From Candidatus Nanoarchaeia archaeon (GTDB lineage: Archaea; Nanobdellota; Nanobdellia; Pacearchaeales; GW2011-AR1), in the NCBI GenBank assembly GCA_049288015.1, contig JBAQGX010000003.1:138034-202033 (forward strand): a stretch of DNA of 64,000 nucleotides. Direction: 5' to 3'. Made by a program: the position numbers and the translations under genes. The notes under the pieces are model-generated. The model ran no database searches. It worked only from the letters and a program-made list of their open reading frames with translations, and had not been told where the DNA came from. Shown one piece after another: positions 55,798 to 64,000 of the stretch. The stretch's first letter is position 1. Every line of letters begins with the position of its first letter.

Positions 55798-58371
55798 TTA
55801 TTTCTTTTTTGCATATATTTTCATCACATAATCTACTTGTTCTGATGACCACCTTGATTTTCTTAAGTTCTTTTCAATCTCTCTATTCTTTAATCCCTTT
55901 GTCTTAGAACTATTGATATAATTAATTATGTTATATAAATCATTTCTGTCCTTAAATAGATAAGACTCATATCTAAATCTATACCATCTTATTAATGCGA
56001 ATACAACAATCACTATTACAAAAATTATTCCTGCTATGATCAAAGCAAGAACAAGATACTTATTTACTCCCATCTTTACACTTGCAGGAGATAAAGATAT
56101 GCTCGTTAACGAAGGTGCTATGAATATTGGAAGTGCGTTAGGAGATAATGTTTCCGTTGTTGCAAAGCTGATTGTCTGTGGGTTTCCTGTCAAAGGTAGA
56201 TAATAATAATTCCCAGACTGCTGGTAGATATTATCAAATTTAATATTATCAAGATTTGAGGGGACTGCCAAGTAATATCCGCTTGGTCCATTTACATTGA
56301 GCTGTACAGTATCTAGTACGGGAGATACGGTACTACCATATACTGCTGAAAATTCTCCATAACTTACACTAGTACTAACATTTCCTAAGTCTGAAGCAAT
56401 TATTGCATTAATATAATCATCTTGTTGATTTGGATCATAGGTTCCTCCCCCTATACCTTTCAGTGCATCCAAATCTATAGTGCTATTAGTCTGAAAAAAA
56501 GGAACCAATGCACTTTGTGTCTGTTGAATAGAATTTGGCAAGTTGATAGATTCAAGTTGACTCATTATAGTTATATACTCGCTGTCAGAAGATGCACTAT
56601 TATTTGCGGCTGTTAAATCTTGTAACTGATTTGAAATATTTGCGAGATTAAGTGTCTTATTTAGGATAGTCCTAGCAAAGGAGGGAAAACTCCCCATTTG
56701 ACTCTGTAGGCTCTTTAGATCGTTTGTATCTAATATTAATAATTGATTTACTGCACTTTTTGGAGAGACAACTTGGATTGTAAAATTTGCACTAGAAGTG
56801 AGATTTAGAGAATTTGTTACAGTTATTTGAAGGCTGAAATTTCCTAACTGATTATAACTGTAAGTAGCATTGTTTGTTAAAGTTGTTTCTATCCCCTTTC
56901 CATCCCCAAAGTTCCACTGATAACTTGTTACATTAGCACCGAATGCATTCATATTAATTACAAAATTTGTTGGAGACAATGCAGTAGTTATTGTTGGATT
57001 TATTGATAATATCTGAGAAATCTGCAGAATATTTATTGGACTTGACAACAAGGTGTACGATCCCGTGTTATTGTTGAAATTTAGAACAAAATTATTGGAG
57101 CCGAATGCATTTGGAACAGCAAAATTGGCATAGTTCAGTGAGAAGTTCTGTATCCCATTAGTACTGTATGTTGGAGAAGCTGTACTAACATTGTAAAGAT
57201 TATGTAATATTACTATTCCTCTGCTTGTTGTTATACTTAAGTTAAAATCAGACAAGTTAAGATCTTGGCTTATATTTGAAGAAAATTTTATTGGAATGAC
57301 ACATCCACTTTGACAATTGTTACCATATTGGCTAGAGATATAATTTGATATTTCTGTCTCTAAAGGATTACCGTTATATTTTGAGTTTTCCGCCTCAGTA
57401 TTGTTTAAAATAAAGCTGCCAATTGGTGCAAAATTTCCAGGTTGTGCAAATATTGCATAATTTGCAGTGTAGCCTGTTAATGGTACATTGTTTCCATAAA
57501 ATCCACATAACGGACTTTGAGATTGGGAACCAATTAAATATTGATCTGAAGAATTAGATGCATCTGTTTTTATGCACACATAATAATAACCACCTATAAT
57601 TGGGAAACTATTCCCCGTATTATCCTGCGCTATACAACCTATCTCTCCTGAAGAATCTGCGGGTTCTTTACACATTCCTAATTGATTGAAATTGGAGTCA
57701 TAGATTGATAATGTAAGATTGGAAACTCCAGATCCAGATATATCTGCTCCTATATTAATCATTGGAGAACGCGATAAATAAACTTCTTCACAATAGTTTG
57801 TTGAATAAATTGAATAAGATGCACTAGATCCCAAAGATGAATTATAACATCCATAATATTTTACATTGGCCAAATCCTGAGCTCCTTTATACTGATTCCA
57901 TTCTATATTGTTGTCATTCAGTAAATCTATTGACAACTGTGACTCGTTTAATTCTGGCGCATTACTTGTTACGTTTAATGAAAAACTGTTGATGGAAGTT
58001 ATATTTCCAGTTATATTTATACCAAATACCATTGATTGTCCCGTATTTAAGTGAACTAAGCTTGTAGGAACTAAACTATTTGTGGTGACATAAGAATAAT
58101 TGCAGTTTGCTGGAGAACAAATATAATTAGAAGTTGGACTGAAATTTTGTGCACGAATAAAACTGATTAAAGGAATATTCTGGTTTAAATTAGTTGAAAA
58201 GGAAGAGTTTGCCATTTCATTGCTTATATTCACATCAATCCAGCCATTTATTGTACTGTTTGGGCTGTACTGTGAACTTATTGAAGAATTTATTAAAACA
58301 ATACTAGCAAAAACACTTTGGGAAAGAAAAATAGATGCCAATATTACAAAAAATATCACCAATCTTTTCAT
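55798..58371 (-). CDS. Large surface protein (857 aa) with signal peptide and C-terminal TM anchor
   Basis: N-terminal signal. Asn/Ser/Thr-rich with very many N-x-S/T sequons. C-terminal TM (LVLALIIAGIIFVIVIVVFALI) then a basic cytoplasmic tail. Confidence 0.5.
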   Translation of the reverse strand: MKRLVIFFVILASIFLSQSVFASIVLINSSISSQYSPNSTINGWIDVNISNEMANSSFSTNLNQNIPLISFIRAQNFSPTSNYICSPANCNYSYVTTNSLVPTSLVHLNTGQSMVFGINITGNITSINSFSLNVTSNAPELNESQLSIDLLNDNNIEWNQYKGAQDLANVKYYGCYNSSLGSSASYSIYSTNYCEEVYLSRSPMINIGADISGSGVSNLTLSIYDSNFNQLGMCKEPADSSGEIGCIAQDNTGNSFPIIGGYYYVCIKTDASNSSDQYLIGSQSQSPLCGFYGNNVPLTGYTANYAIFAQPGNFAPIGSFILNNTEAENSKYNGNPLETEISNYISSQYGNNCQSGCVIPIKFSSNISQDLNLSDFNLSITTSRGIVILHNLYNVSTASPTYSTNGIQNFSLNYANFAVPNAFGSNNFVLNFNNNTGSYTLLSSPINILQISQILSINPTITTALSPTNFVINMNAFGANVTSYQWNFGDGKGIETTLTNNATYSYNQLGNFSLQITVTNSLNLTSSANFTIQVVSPKSAVNQLLILDTNDLKSLQSQMGSFPSFARTILNKTLNLANISNQLQDLTAANNSASSDSEYITIMSQLESINLPNSIQQTQSALVPFFQTNSTIDLDALKGIGGGTYDPNQQDDYINAIIASDLGNVSTSVSYGEFSAVYGSTVSPVLDTVQLNVNGPSGYYLAVPSNLDNIKFDNIYQQSGNYYYLPLTGNPQTISFATTETLSPNALPIFIAPSLTSISLSPASVKMGVNKYLVLALIIAGIIFVIVIVVFALIRWYRFRYESYLFKDRNDLYNIINYINSSKTKGLKNREIEKNLRKSRWSSEQVDYVMKIYAKKK

Positions 58372-58414
58372 GTTAAAAACAAGGAGATGTATTTTATAAA
58401 TATTACTTTAATGA

Positions 58415-60829
58415 TCAATGCTTTTTTCGACGAGAATTTCTATTATTCCTTCTTGTTGCAGACTTATTCTTGGAGGATCTTTTCCTTGCTAGAATAACTG
58501 CAAGGTAAATCAAAGCCAATATGACTACAGTCATAATAACATTGAAAACAGTGAAGAAAGGAAGGGAAATTTGTGCAGGACATTCAATTGTTTCAGTTCC
58601 ACTCTGACAACTTGCGGGCGCAGATCCTGATCCACTCCACTTTGCTATGATATTGTAAGTAATAAATCCGTTCTGGCAACTGCTATTAGTTACTGAGGAT
58701 GTAATCGTACAATTTCCAACAACGGGAGGTGTAGGGCTTGAACAAAATCCACCACTACAAGAGAGACCTATCAAACAACTGTTGCTACTACATGAAACAG
58801 GGTTAGTCCCTAAAGGACAGCTACTTCCAAGATAACAAGAATTTACCCTGTTAGAAACACATTGAATATATCCTACTCCACAAGGCAGATTATTTCCAGG
58901 AGTAGTCATTCCACTTGGATTTGCGCACAAATGACTTATACTACTACATACCGCTGTTCCCAATGAACTTACACAAGTATCGCTACCAGGATAATTAAGG
59001 CAATCATAAGAACCACAACCTTCTCCGTATCCACAGATGTTATCTCCATTTGAATTTGGTGTTGCAACATTTGGATCCCCTAATGAAGAACAATCTTGAC
59101 TTTGGCAAGAATACCTTTGAGAATTATCTGTTATTAAAGAACTTGAATTATAACATAAGGTAGTTCCAACTCCGCAGTAAGGTATACTAGGTCCAGAGCA
59201 AGATTGTGAATCTGTTGCTGTCGTTCCTTTACATATGCAGGTTCTTGACTGTTCTCCATCTTGACATATAGTCTCGGCTCCACACTGCCAATTTGTTCGT
59301 GTGCTATCACTAACACTACATCCACTATCTGGTGGTGAAGGAGCAGAGCAACTATTTCCCAAAGTACAAGTGCTGGCTCCACTGCCAGCTACAGCCACAC
59401 ATTGACCTCCCGTAGAACATGTATCATAAGTCGTTCCCGAAGGAGCAGAGCAACTATTTCCCAAAGTACAAGTGCTGGCTCCACTGCCAGCTACAGCCAC
59501 ACATTGACCTCCCGTAGAACATGTATCATACAAGGAACCTCCTGATGTGCAAGTATTTGATGTGCTGTAGACATTTCCCCCATAAGTTATACTACATACA
59601 GTTCCTGCAGAATTGCATACTGGACTAGGAAGGCTAAACCCTGAACAGTTATTTGCGTCGTAATATGCTTGAATTTCCACCCCGTTTGTACAATCCCCCC
59701 AACCTGTACTTGTAATTTCAGGTGTACAACTAACAGGAGTATATGATGAAACATAAAAGCAAGTGTTCGCAGCATCAATCACATTATTTGATGAATCTGT
59801 GATATCATTGGATGTCCAGTTACAATAATATGAAGTTGGCGCAGGATTTGTTGAGTTGTAGGGGGAAATTGGATTTTGAAACATATAGGTCGCAGCACTA
59901 ACACTATCACAACCTGGATCTGAACCACATAAATTCTGATTCCCATCGTAACTACTACAGGAGGTATAACATGAAGAGGTTGAAGGAATTGTAACAACTA
60001 AATTATTAGCACTGTCTATTGTTGTAAGAATACTGGAACCAAGATATACTGTTGCATTTAGAATATAAGTTCCACTGTCTCCCGTTGGAGTAGTCCATCC
60101 CTGTATTAGTCCGTTTGAACCAGAAGCTAAACTTGGAAAGGTTGAAGAAGCACTGTCTCTAACGACTCCGCTAGACTTATCTGATATTGTAAAATCAACT
60201 GTCATTCCGGCACAATTTGTCCCATTAGCAATCAAATCCAAAGATCCTCCAGCAATTGCAGAACTGGTACTAAATGAAGTAGAAGTTAAAATGCAACTTA
60301 ACTGCAAATCAGGTATTTGACAGCAAATTTTATTGGTGTAATCAGTATAACTTCCTATATGGGAATTTGTGGGACTTATCAAAGAAACAACTTCAATAGG
60401 GTAAGTACTGTCACATGAAGCTACGTTCACGCATTGAATATCTTTGTAACCAACAATTGTATTATAATTTGTATCACTTGGAATCTCCGCATGAGAATTT
60501 GTTGAACTATACAATCCTAAAATTTTATTTACCGAAGAAGTAGTGGTAACTCCACTACCAAAATAGCAGCATAGAACATTAGGATACGACTGATAAGGAA
60601 ATTCTCCATGAGCATTTGTTGCAGCTGAAAGCCCCATTATAACATAACCCTGATTATTATTTGAGTCTAGTCCACACGCATTTGATGCAACAATTGCACA
60701 ATAGTATCCTTCCGTATTAAGTGCATTATAATTTACAGCAGCAGAAACAAGGTGAATTGAAATCAACATTAATGAAGATAATACAAGTAAAATAGAAAAT
60801 ACTACTAATCTTTGTTGCCCCTTTTTCAT
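58415..60829 (-). CDS. Large Cys-rich surface protein (804 aa) with C-terminal TM anchor and Arg/Lys tail
   Basis: Signal peptide. >80 Cys in repeated CxxxGxC-type modules, with a 34-aa module duplicated exactly. C-terminal TM plus RKRSSKNKSATRRNNRNSRRKKH. Confidence 0.5.
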   Translation of the reverse strand: MKKGQQRLVVFSILLVLSSLMLISIHLVSAAVNYNALNTEGYYCAIVASNACGLDSNNNQGYVIMGLSAATNAHGEFPYQSYPNVLCCYFGSGVTTTSSVNKILGLYSSTNSHAEIPSDTNYNTIVGYKDIQCVNVASCDSTYPIEVVSLISPTNSHIGSYTDYTNKICCQIPDLQLSCILTSTSFSTSSAIAGGSLDLIANGTNCAGMTVDFTISDKSSGVVRDSASSTFPSLASGSNGLIQGWTTPTGDSGTYILNATVYLGSSILTTIDSANNLVVTIPSTSSCYTSCSSYDGNQNLCGSDPGCDSVSAATYMFQNPISPYNSTNPAPTSYYCNWTSNDITDSSNNVIDAANTCFYVSSYTPVSCTPEITSTGWGDCTNGVEIQAYYDANNCSGFSLPSPVCNSAGTVCSITYGGNVYSTSNTCTSGGSLYDTCSTGGQCVAVAGSGASTCTLGNSCSAPSGTTYDTCSTGGQCVAVAGSGASTCTLGNSCSAPSPPDSGCSVSDSTRTNWQCGAETICQDGEQSRTCICKGTTATDSQSCSGPSIPYCGVGTTLCYNSSSLITDNSQRYSCQSQDCSSLGDPNVATPNSNGDNICGYGEGCGSYDCLNYPGSDTCVSSLGTAVCSSISHLCANPSGMTTPGNNLPCGVGYIQCVSNRVNSCYLGSSCPLGTNPVSCSSNSCLIGLSCSGGFCSSPTPPVVGNCTITSSVTNSSCQNGFITYNIIAKWSGSGSAPASCQSGTETIECPAQISLPFFTVFNVIMTVVILALIYLAVILARKRSSKNKSATRRNNRNSRRKKH
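59339..59542 (+). repeat. Perfect 102-bp direct tandem duplication (2 copies) inside the 804-aa surface protein gene
   Basis: AGGAGCAGAGCAACTATTTCCCAAAGTACAAGTGCTGGCTCCACTGCCAGCTACAGCCACACATTGACCTCCCGTAGAACATGTATCATA occurs at 59339 and again at 59441. It encodes YDTCSTGGQCVAVAGSGASTCTLGNSCSAPS twice. Confidence 0.75.
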
Positions 60830-60891
60830 GGACTGTTTAATGGATTGTATTTTATAAATATTTCCTAAGTTTGCGTAAAATTAATTAAAAC

Positions 60892-62307
60892 TTATCCCTT
60901 TATTACGAGTAGTGGCTTAAGTCTGACAACTTTTTTGCTTATTCCAAGTTTATCGACGATATTTACTACCTCTTCTATATCTTTGTAAGCCTCGGGAGCT
61001 TCCTCAAGCATACCCTTTATACTTCCTGCCTTGAATTTCACATTACTTTCTTCGAGTTCTCTTTTAAGATGTGATTCCGTTATTTCTTGCTTTGCTTTGG
61101 ATCTTGAAATGAGCCTTCCTGCTCCATGAGCTGTGGAAGCAAATGAGAATTCTTCTGCTTTTTTAGTTCCTAGAAGTACATAGGAAGAGGTACCCATGCT
61201 TCCAGGAATTAGAACAGGCTGTCCAGTCTTTTGATATTTTTTTGGAAGTTCTTTTCTCCCTTTTCCAAAGCTCCTAGTGGCCCCTTTTCTATGAACACAT
61301 AACTCTACTTTTTTTCCTTTTATTTTAAATGGTTCAAACTTCGCAATATTATGGGTTACATCATAAATTAATTTTACTTTTACATTTGGAAAATATTTCT
61401 CAAAAGATTTTCTTATTTTATATGTTATAATCTGCCTGTTTGCAAATGCAAAATTTGCAGAGGCATTCATTGCTTTAATATAATCTTGAGCAAGTTGAGA
61501 TTGAAGTGGGGCATAAACCAGTTCTCTATCTGGCAGATTTTCAATTCCAAATTCTTTTTCCATTTTATGAATATAGTCAGACGCAGTTTGGTGTCCTAGT
61601 CCTCTGCTACCAGTATGGATTAATACTGTTATTTTGTCTTTATCTAATCCAAAAACATCTGCTGTTTTTTTATCAAATATTTCGTCAATATACTGAACTT
61701 CTAGAAAATGATTTCCTGATCCAATTGTTCCAAGCTGGTTCTTTCCTCTTGCTTTAGCTTTCTGTGAAACTTTTTTTGAATCTGCATTTTTTATACATCC
61801 ATTATCTTCTATGTTTTCAATGTCATTTTTCGTGGCATATCCTTTTTTTAAAGTCCATTCTGCACCATGTTCAAGAATTTCATCCATTTCTTTTTCAGAA
61901 ATTTTTAATTCTCCACCAACTCCAACTCCTGAAGGGATATTTTTGTATAATTCATTTAGAATTTGATCTCTTTTTTCTAAGAATTCTTTCTTTGTTAGAT
62001 CTACTGAAAGTAGTCTAACTCCGCAGTTTATGTCATAGCCCACCCCTCCGGGTGAGACTATTCCTTTCTTTAAGTCAAACGCTGCTACTCCTCCGATTGG
62101 AAATCCATACCCTTGATGGGCATCAGGCATAGTAATTGATTTTTCAACAATTCCAGGAAGCATAGAAATATTCTCTGCCTGTTCAATTGTTTTATCATTT
62201 TTTATCTTTTCAATAAGCTTATCTGAAGCAAGAATAATTGCAGGGACAAGCATTTTTCCATGTCTGGGAATTTCATAGATATTTTCTGATTTTTTCTTTA
62301 TTTCCAT
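60892..62307 (-). CDS. rtcB: RtcB RNA-splicing ligase (tRNA/rRNA exon ligase)
   Basis: Conserved His/Cys metal ligands: DAHQGYGFPIGGVAAF, a GYDINCGVR-like loop, and HNHAGR-like TAHGAGR. 471 aa. Confidence 0.9.
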   Translation of the reverse strand: MEIKKKSENIYEIPRHGKMLVPAIILASDKLIEKIKNDKTIEQAENISMLPGIVEKSITMPDAHQGYGFPIGGVAAFDLKKGIVSPGGVGYDINCGVRLLSVDLTKKEFLEKRDQILNELYKNIPSGVGVGGELKISEKEMDEILEHGAEWTLKKGYATKNDIENIEDNGCIKNADSKKVSQKAKARGKNQLGTIGSGNHFLEVQYIDEIFDKKTADVFGLDKDKITVLIHTGSRGLGHQTASDYIHKMEKEFGIENLPDRELVYAPLQSQLAQDYIKAMNASANFAFANRQIITYKIRKSFEKYFPNVKVKLIYDVTHNIAKFEPFKIKGKKVELCVHRKGATRSFGKGRKELPKKYQKTGQPVLIPGSMGTSSYVLLGTKKAEEFSFASTAHGAGRLISRSKAKQEITESHLKRELEESNVKFKAGSIKGMLEEAPEAYKDIEEVVNIVDKLGISKKVVRLKPLLVIKG

Positions 62308-62522
62308 TATATTTCGAAGATGTAAGAGTCTCCTAATTTCTTTCCAGTACTTTTTATATTTCTTGGATTTATTCCTAAAAACTTGGAAAGTATACTTATG
62401 AAACCATCCTTTGCATTTGGATCATTTTCGTTGGCTTTCATATAAACAAGATATCTCCAATCTCCAAAACTTTCTATTTTGTCATTGCCAGAATTAAATT
62501 TTATTTTCACGTAAATTTTCAT
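62307..62522 (-). CDS. Small protein, DUF167/YggU-like (71 aa)
   Basis: Weak resemblance (IKVKPN...DGKAN) to DUF167. Its start overlaps the rtcB end. Confidence 0.35.
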   Translation of the reverse strand: MKIYVKIKFNSGNDKIESFGDWRYLVYMKANENDPNAKDGFISILSKFLGINPRNIKSTGKKLGDSYIFEI

Positions 62523-62557
62523 AAAGAATTCACCATTGTGCTATTTTTATAATTTTA

Positions 62558-62989
62558 CTAAATATCAATTACTGCTTGAGCCTTCCATCCATTCTTGACC
62601 TTTTTAAGATACATCTCAGAATAAGTTGCGGCTTTGATATGCTCTAGATTCATATAATTTTTAGTTTTGTCTCCATAAGCAATTGCCTTAAGAGTCATTT
62701 CTTTTTTTCCATTTTTTATTGAAACCTTAACATGCGAGCATACAAAACTCTTTGCATCAAGTAAATAGATCAATTCATCAAGAAATTTGTATAACAGTTC
62801 TTCATGATCTTCTGCAGAGATAACAAATCCTTTTTTTGCTTTGCTTTTTATTTTTTCGTACTTTGATATAAATTCAGAAACAGCTAAAGCCGAATTTTCA
62901 AATATTTCCTCAATACTTTTCCCCATTACAGTAAATTTAATATCAGCTGTGTGTTCCAAAAATTTATATTTTTTCATTGTTTGGCCCAA
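62558..62989 (-). CDS. Archease (RtcB activator)
   Basis: YKFLEHTADIKF N-terminal archease signature. 143 aa. Adjacent to rtcB. Confidence 0.85.
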   Translation of the reverse strand: MGQTMKKYKFLEHTADIKFTVMGKSIEEIFENSALAVSEFISKYEKIKSKAKKGFVISAEDHEELLYKFLDELIYLLDAKSFVCSHVKVSIKNGKKEMTLKAIAYGDKTKNYMNLEHIKAATYSEMYLKKVKNGWKAQAVIDI

Positions 62990-63405
62990 CAGAACAATTT
63001 AAGTTGTTTTGGACTATAATTAGTATCAATTGCAGTTATAAAAACACTTTGTGCATAAATATCTTTTTTTAATGTTAGCCCAGATTGACAAAGATCAGTT
63101 GTAAGGCATATTTGGGCCACACATACAAGTGAACTAGGGGTTAAACTCGTAATAGTGTTATTTATGTCAGATGGAAAATTATAGCTCTTCCAGTTTAGAG
63201 GTGGAGTCGAACTTATTATCTCCCCCCTCATGCTATAATTCAATTCAATTGTTCTTAGTATATAAATTTCATAGTTATAAATTGAAACTTGTGGAGTTGC
63301 TTGTTGATTATTTTGTTGATCTATTACAATAACCAAAACTGCTCCGATAAGTAAAACGGCAACAAAAGCTTCAACTATTCTTATCCATCCCCTTTGATTT
63401 TTCAT
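62974..63405 (-). CDS. Type-IV-pilin-like protein
   Basis: N-terminus MKNQRGW|IRIVEAFVAVLLIGAVLVIV matches the class III (prepilin) signal with Glu at +5 and a hydrophobic helix. Confidence 0.45.
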   Translation of the reverse strand: MKNQRGWIRIVEAFVAVLLIGAVLVIVIDQQNNQQATPQVSIYNYEIYILRTIELNYSMRGEIISSTPPLNWKSYNFPSDINNTITSLTPSSLVCVAQICLTTDLCQSGLTLKKDIYAQSVFITAIDTNYSPKQLKLFCWAKQ

Positions 63406-63406
63406 A

Positions 63407-63997
63407 TTACCAAATCTTAACTATCAGATTTCCCTCCTGTAAAGTGCTATTTTTGTAAAGATATGTTACTGGAAATAATTCTGAGTAAACGTTGCTGCTC
63501 TTAGGAGCGCCGCTAGTTCCAATTGAAGTTAAATTCTGATATGTAAAATTAAAACCGAAATTATCTACGGGTGAAATATTAAATTGGCTTTTCAGGGCAT
63601 TATAATTGTTGTTATATTCTCCTATTAAATTAATGATATCAAAATCTAATAAATAAGAACTTGTGTTTCGAACAGGTCCGATTGTATAATAATTTGTATT
63701 TGCATTTAATATGAGATTCTGTGATCCGGTAAGAGTTCCAGTAGGAATCAAACTAAACTGCGGAGAATAATAAATTTCAAAGATCATCTGATTCTGTGCG
63801 CCAGAAGAAGTGTCCACGTAAATGTCATGAGTTGAACTAACAGAATTAAATATTGCTCCAGTTGAATTTGTAACAACAATGTTTGGAGGCATTCCCAAAC
63901 TGCTTAAGTTATCTATCATGCCTACTAGTTGCAGATGATTCTGAACACCTCCTTGATAATTGGTTGATACTGTTATCAATGTTAAATTACTTCCCAT
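63407..63997 (-). CDS. Hypothetical Asn/Ser/Thr-rich secreted protein (may extend past the window edge)
   Basis: ORF co-directional and abutting the pilin-like gene. Beta-rich composition. Start lies 3 nt from the window end. Confidence 0.35.
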   Translation of the reverse strand: MGSNLTLITVSTNYQGGVQNHLQLVGMIDNLSSLGMPPNIVVTNSTGAIFNSVSSTHDIYVDTSSGAQNQMIFEIYYSPQFSLIPTGTLTGSQNLILNANTNYYTIGPVRNTSSYLLDFDIINLIGEYNNNYNALKSQFNISPVDNFGFNFTYQNLTSIGTSGAPKSSNVYSELFPVTYLYKNSTLQEGNLIVKIW

Positions 63998-64000
63998 ACT

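Overview
An AT-rich (about one-third GC) archaeal chromosomal segment, DPANN-like in style, with GC-rich structural RNA islands and Shine-Dalgarno-like GGAGG sites before several genes. Most genes are core information processing. On the minus strand there is an rRNA operon, 16S - tRNA-Ala(UGC) - 23S, and both precursor processing stems are visible. The 23S gene carries a ~677-nt intron encoding a LAGLIDADG homing endonuclease. Unexpectedly, a two-gene protein-coding module sits inside the 16S-23S spacer between tRNA-Ala and the 23S processing stem. Three tRNAs (Gly-CCC, Phe-GAA, Ala-UGC) and a compact ~306-nt RNase P RNA are present. A fused 'exosome superoperon' runs Pop5 - PsmA - SBDS - unknown - Rrp4 - Rrp41 - Rrp42 - RpoK - enolase - ... 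- S2 - LMW-PTP. Other recognisable genes are ribosomal proteins L31e, L39e, S19e, L15e and S2, CysRS, GlmS, PyrD, MsrA/MsrB, a P1B-type heavy-metal ATPase, an SDR, Mre11-Rad50, ATP-dependent DNA ligase, a stand-alone LigD-type 3'-phosphoesterase, proteasome beta, aRNase J, aCPSF1/FttA, TBP, TrmB, CCA-adding enzyme, and RtcB with archease. Accessory or unusual content is listed next. There is an E1-like (ThiF/MoeB) enzyme with an N-terminal extension, preceded by a 51-aa acidic peptide with an internal Gly-Gly and followed by a TraB/Tiki-like protein. There is an ACP-like carrier protein. There are Nudix and MazG-like NTP pyrophosphatases, type-IV-pilin-like proteins, and two giant Cys/Asn-rich surface proteins carrying a perfect 102-bp tandem repeat. 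Several universally conserved proteins carry long K/E- or D/E-rich extensions. No CRISPR array, transposase or 5S rRNA was seen.
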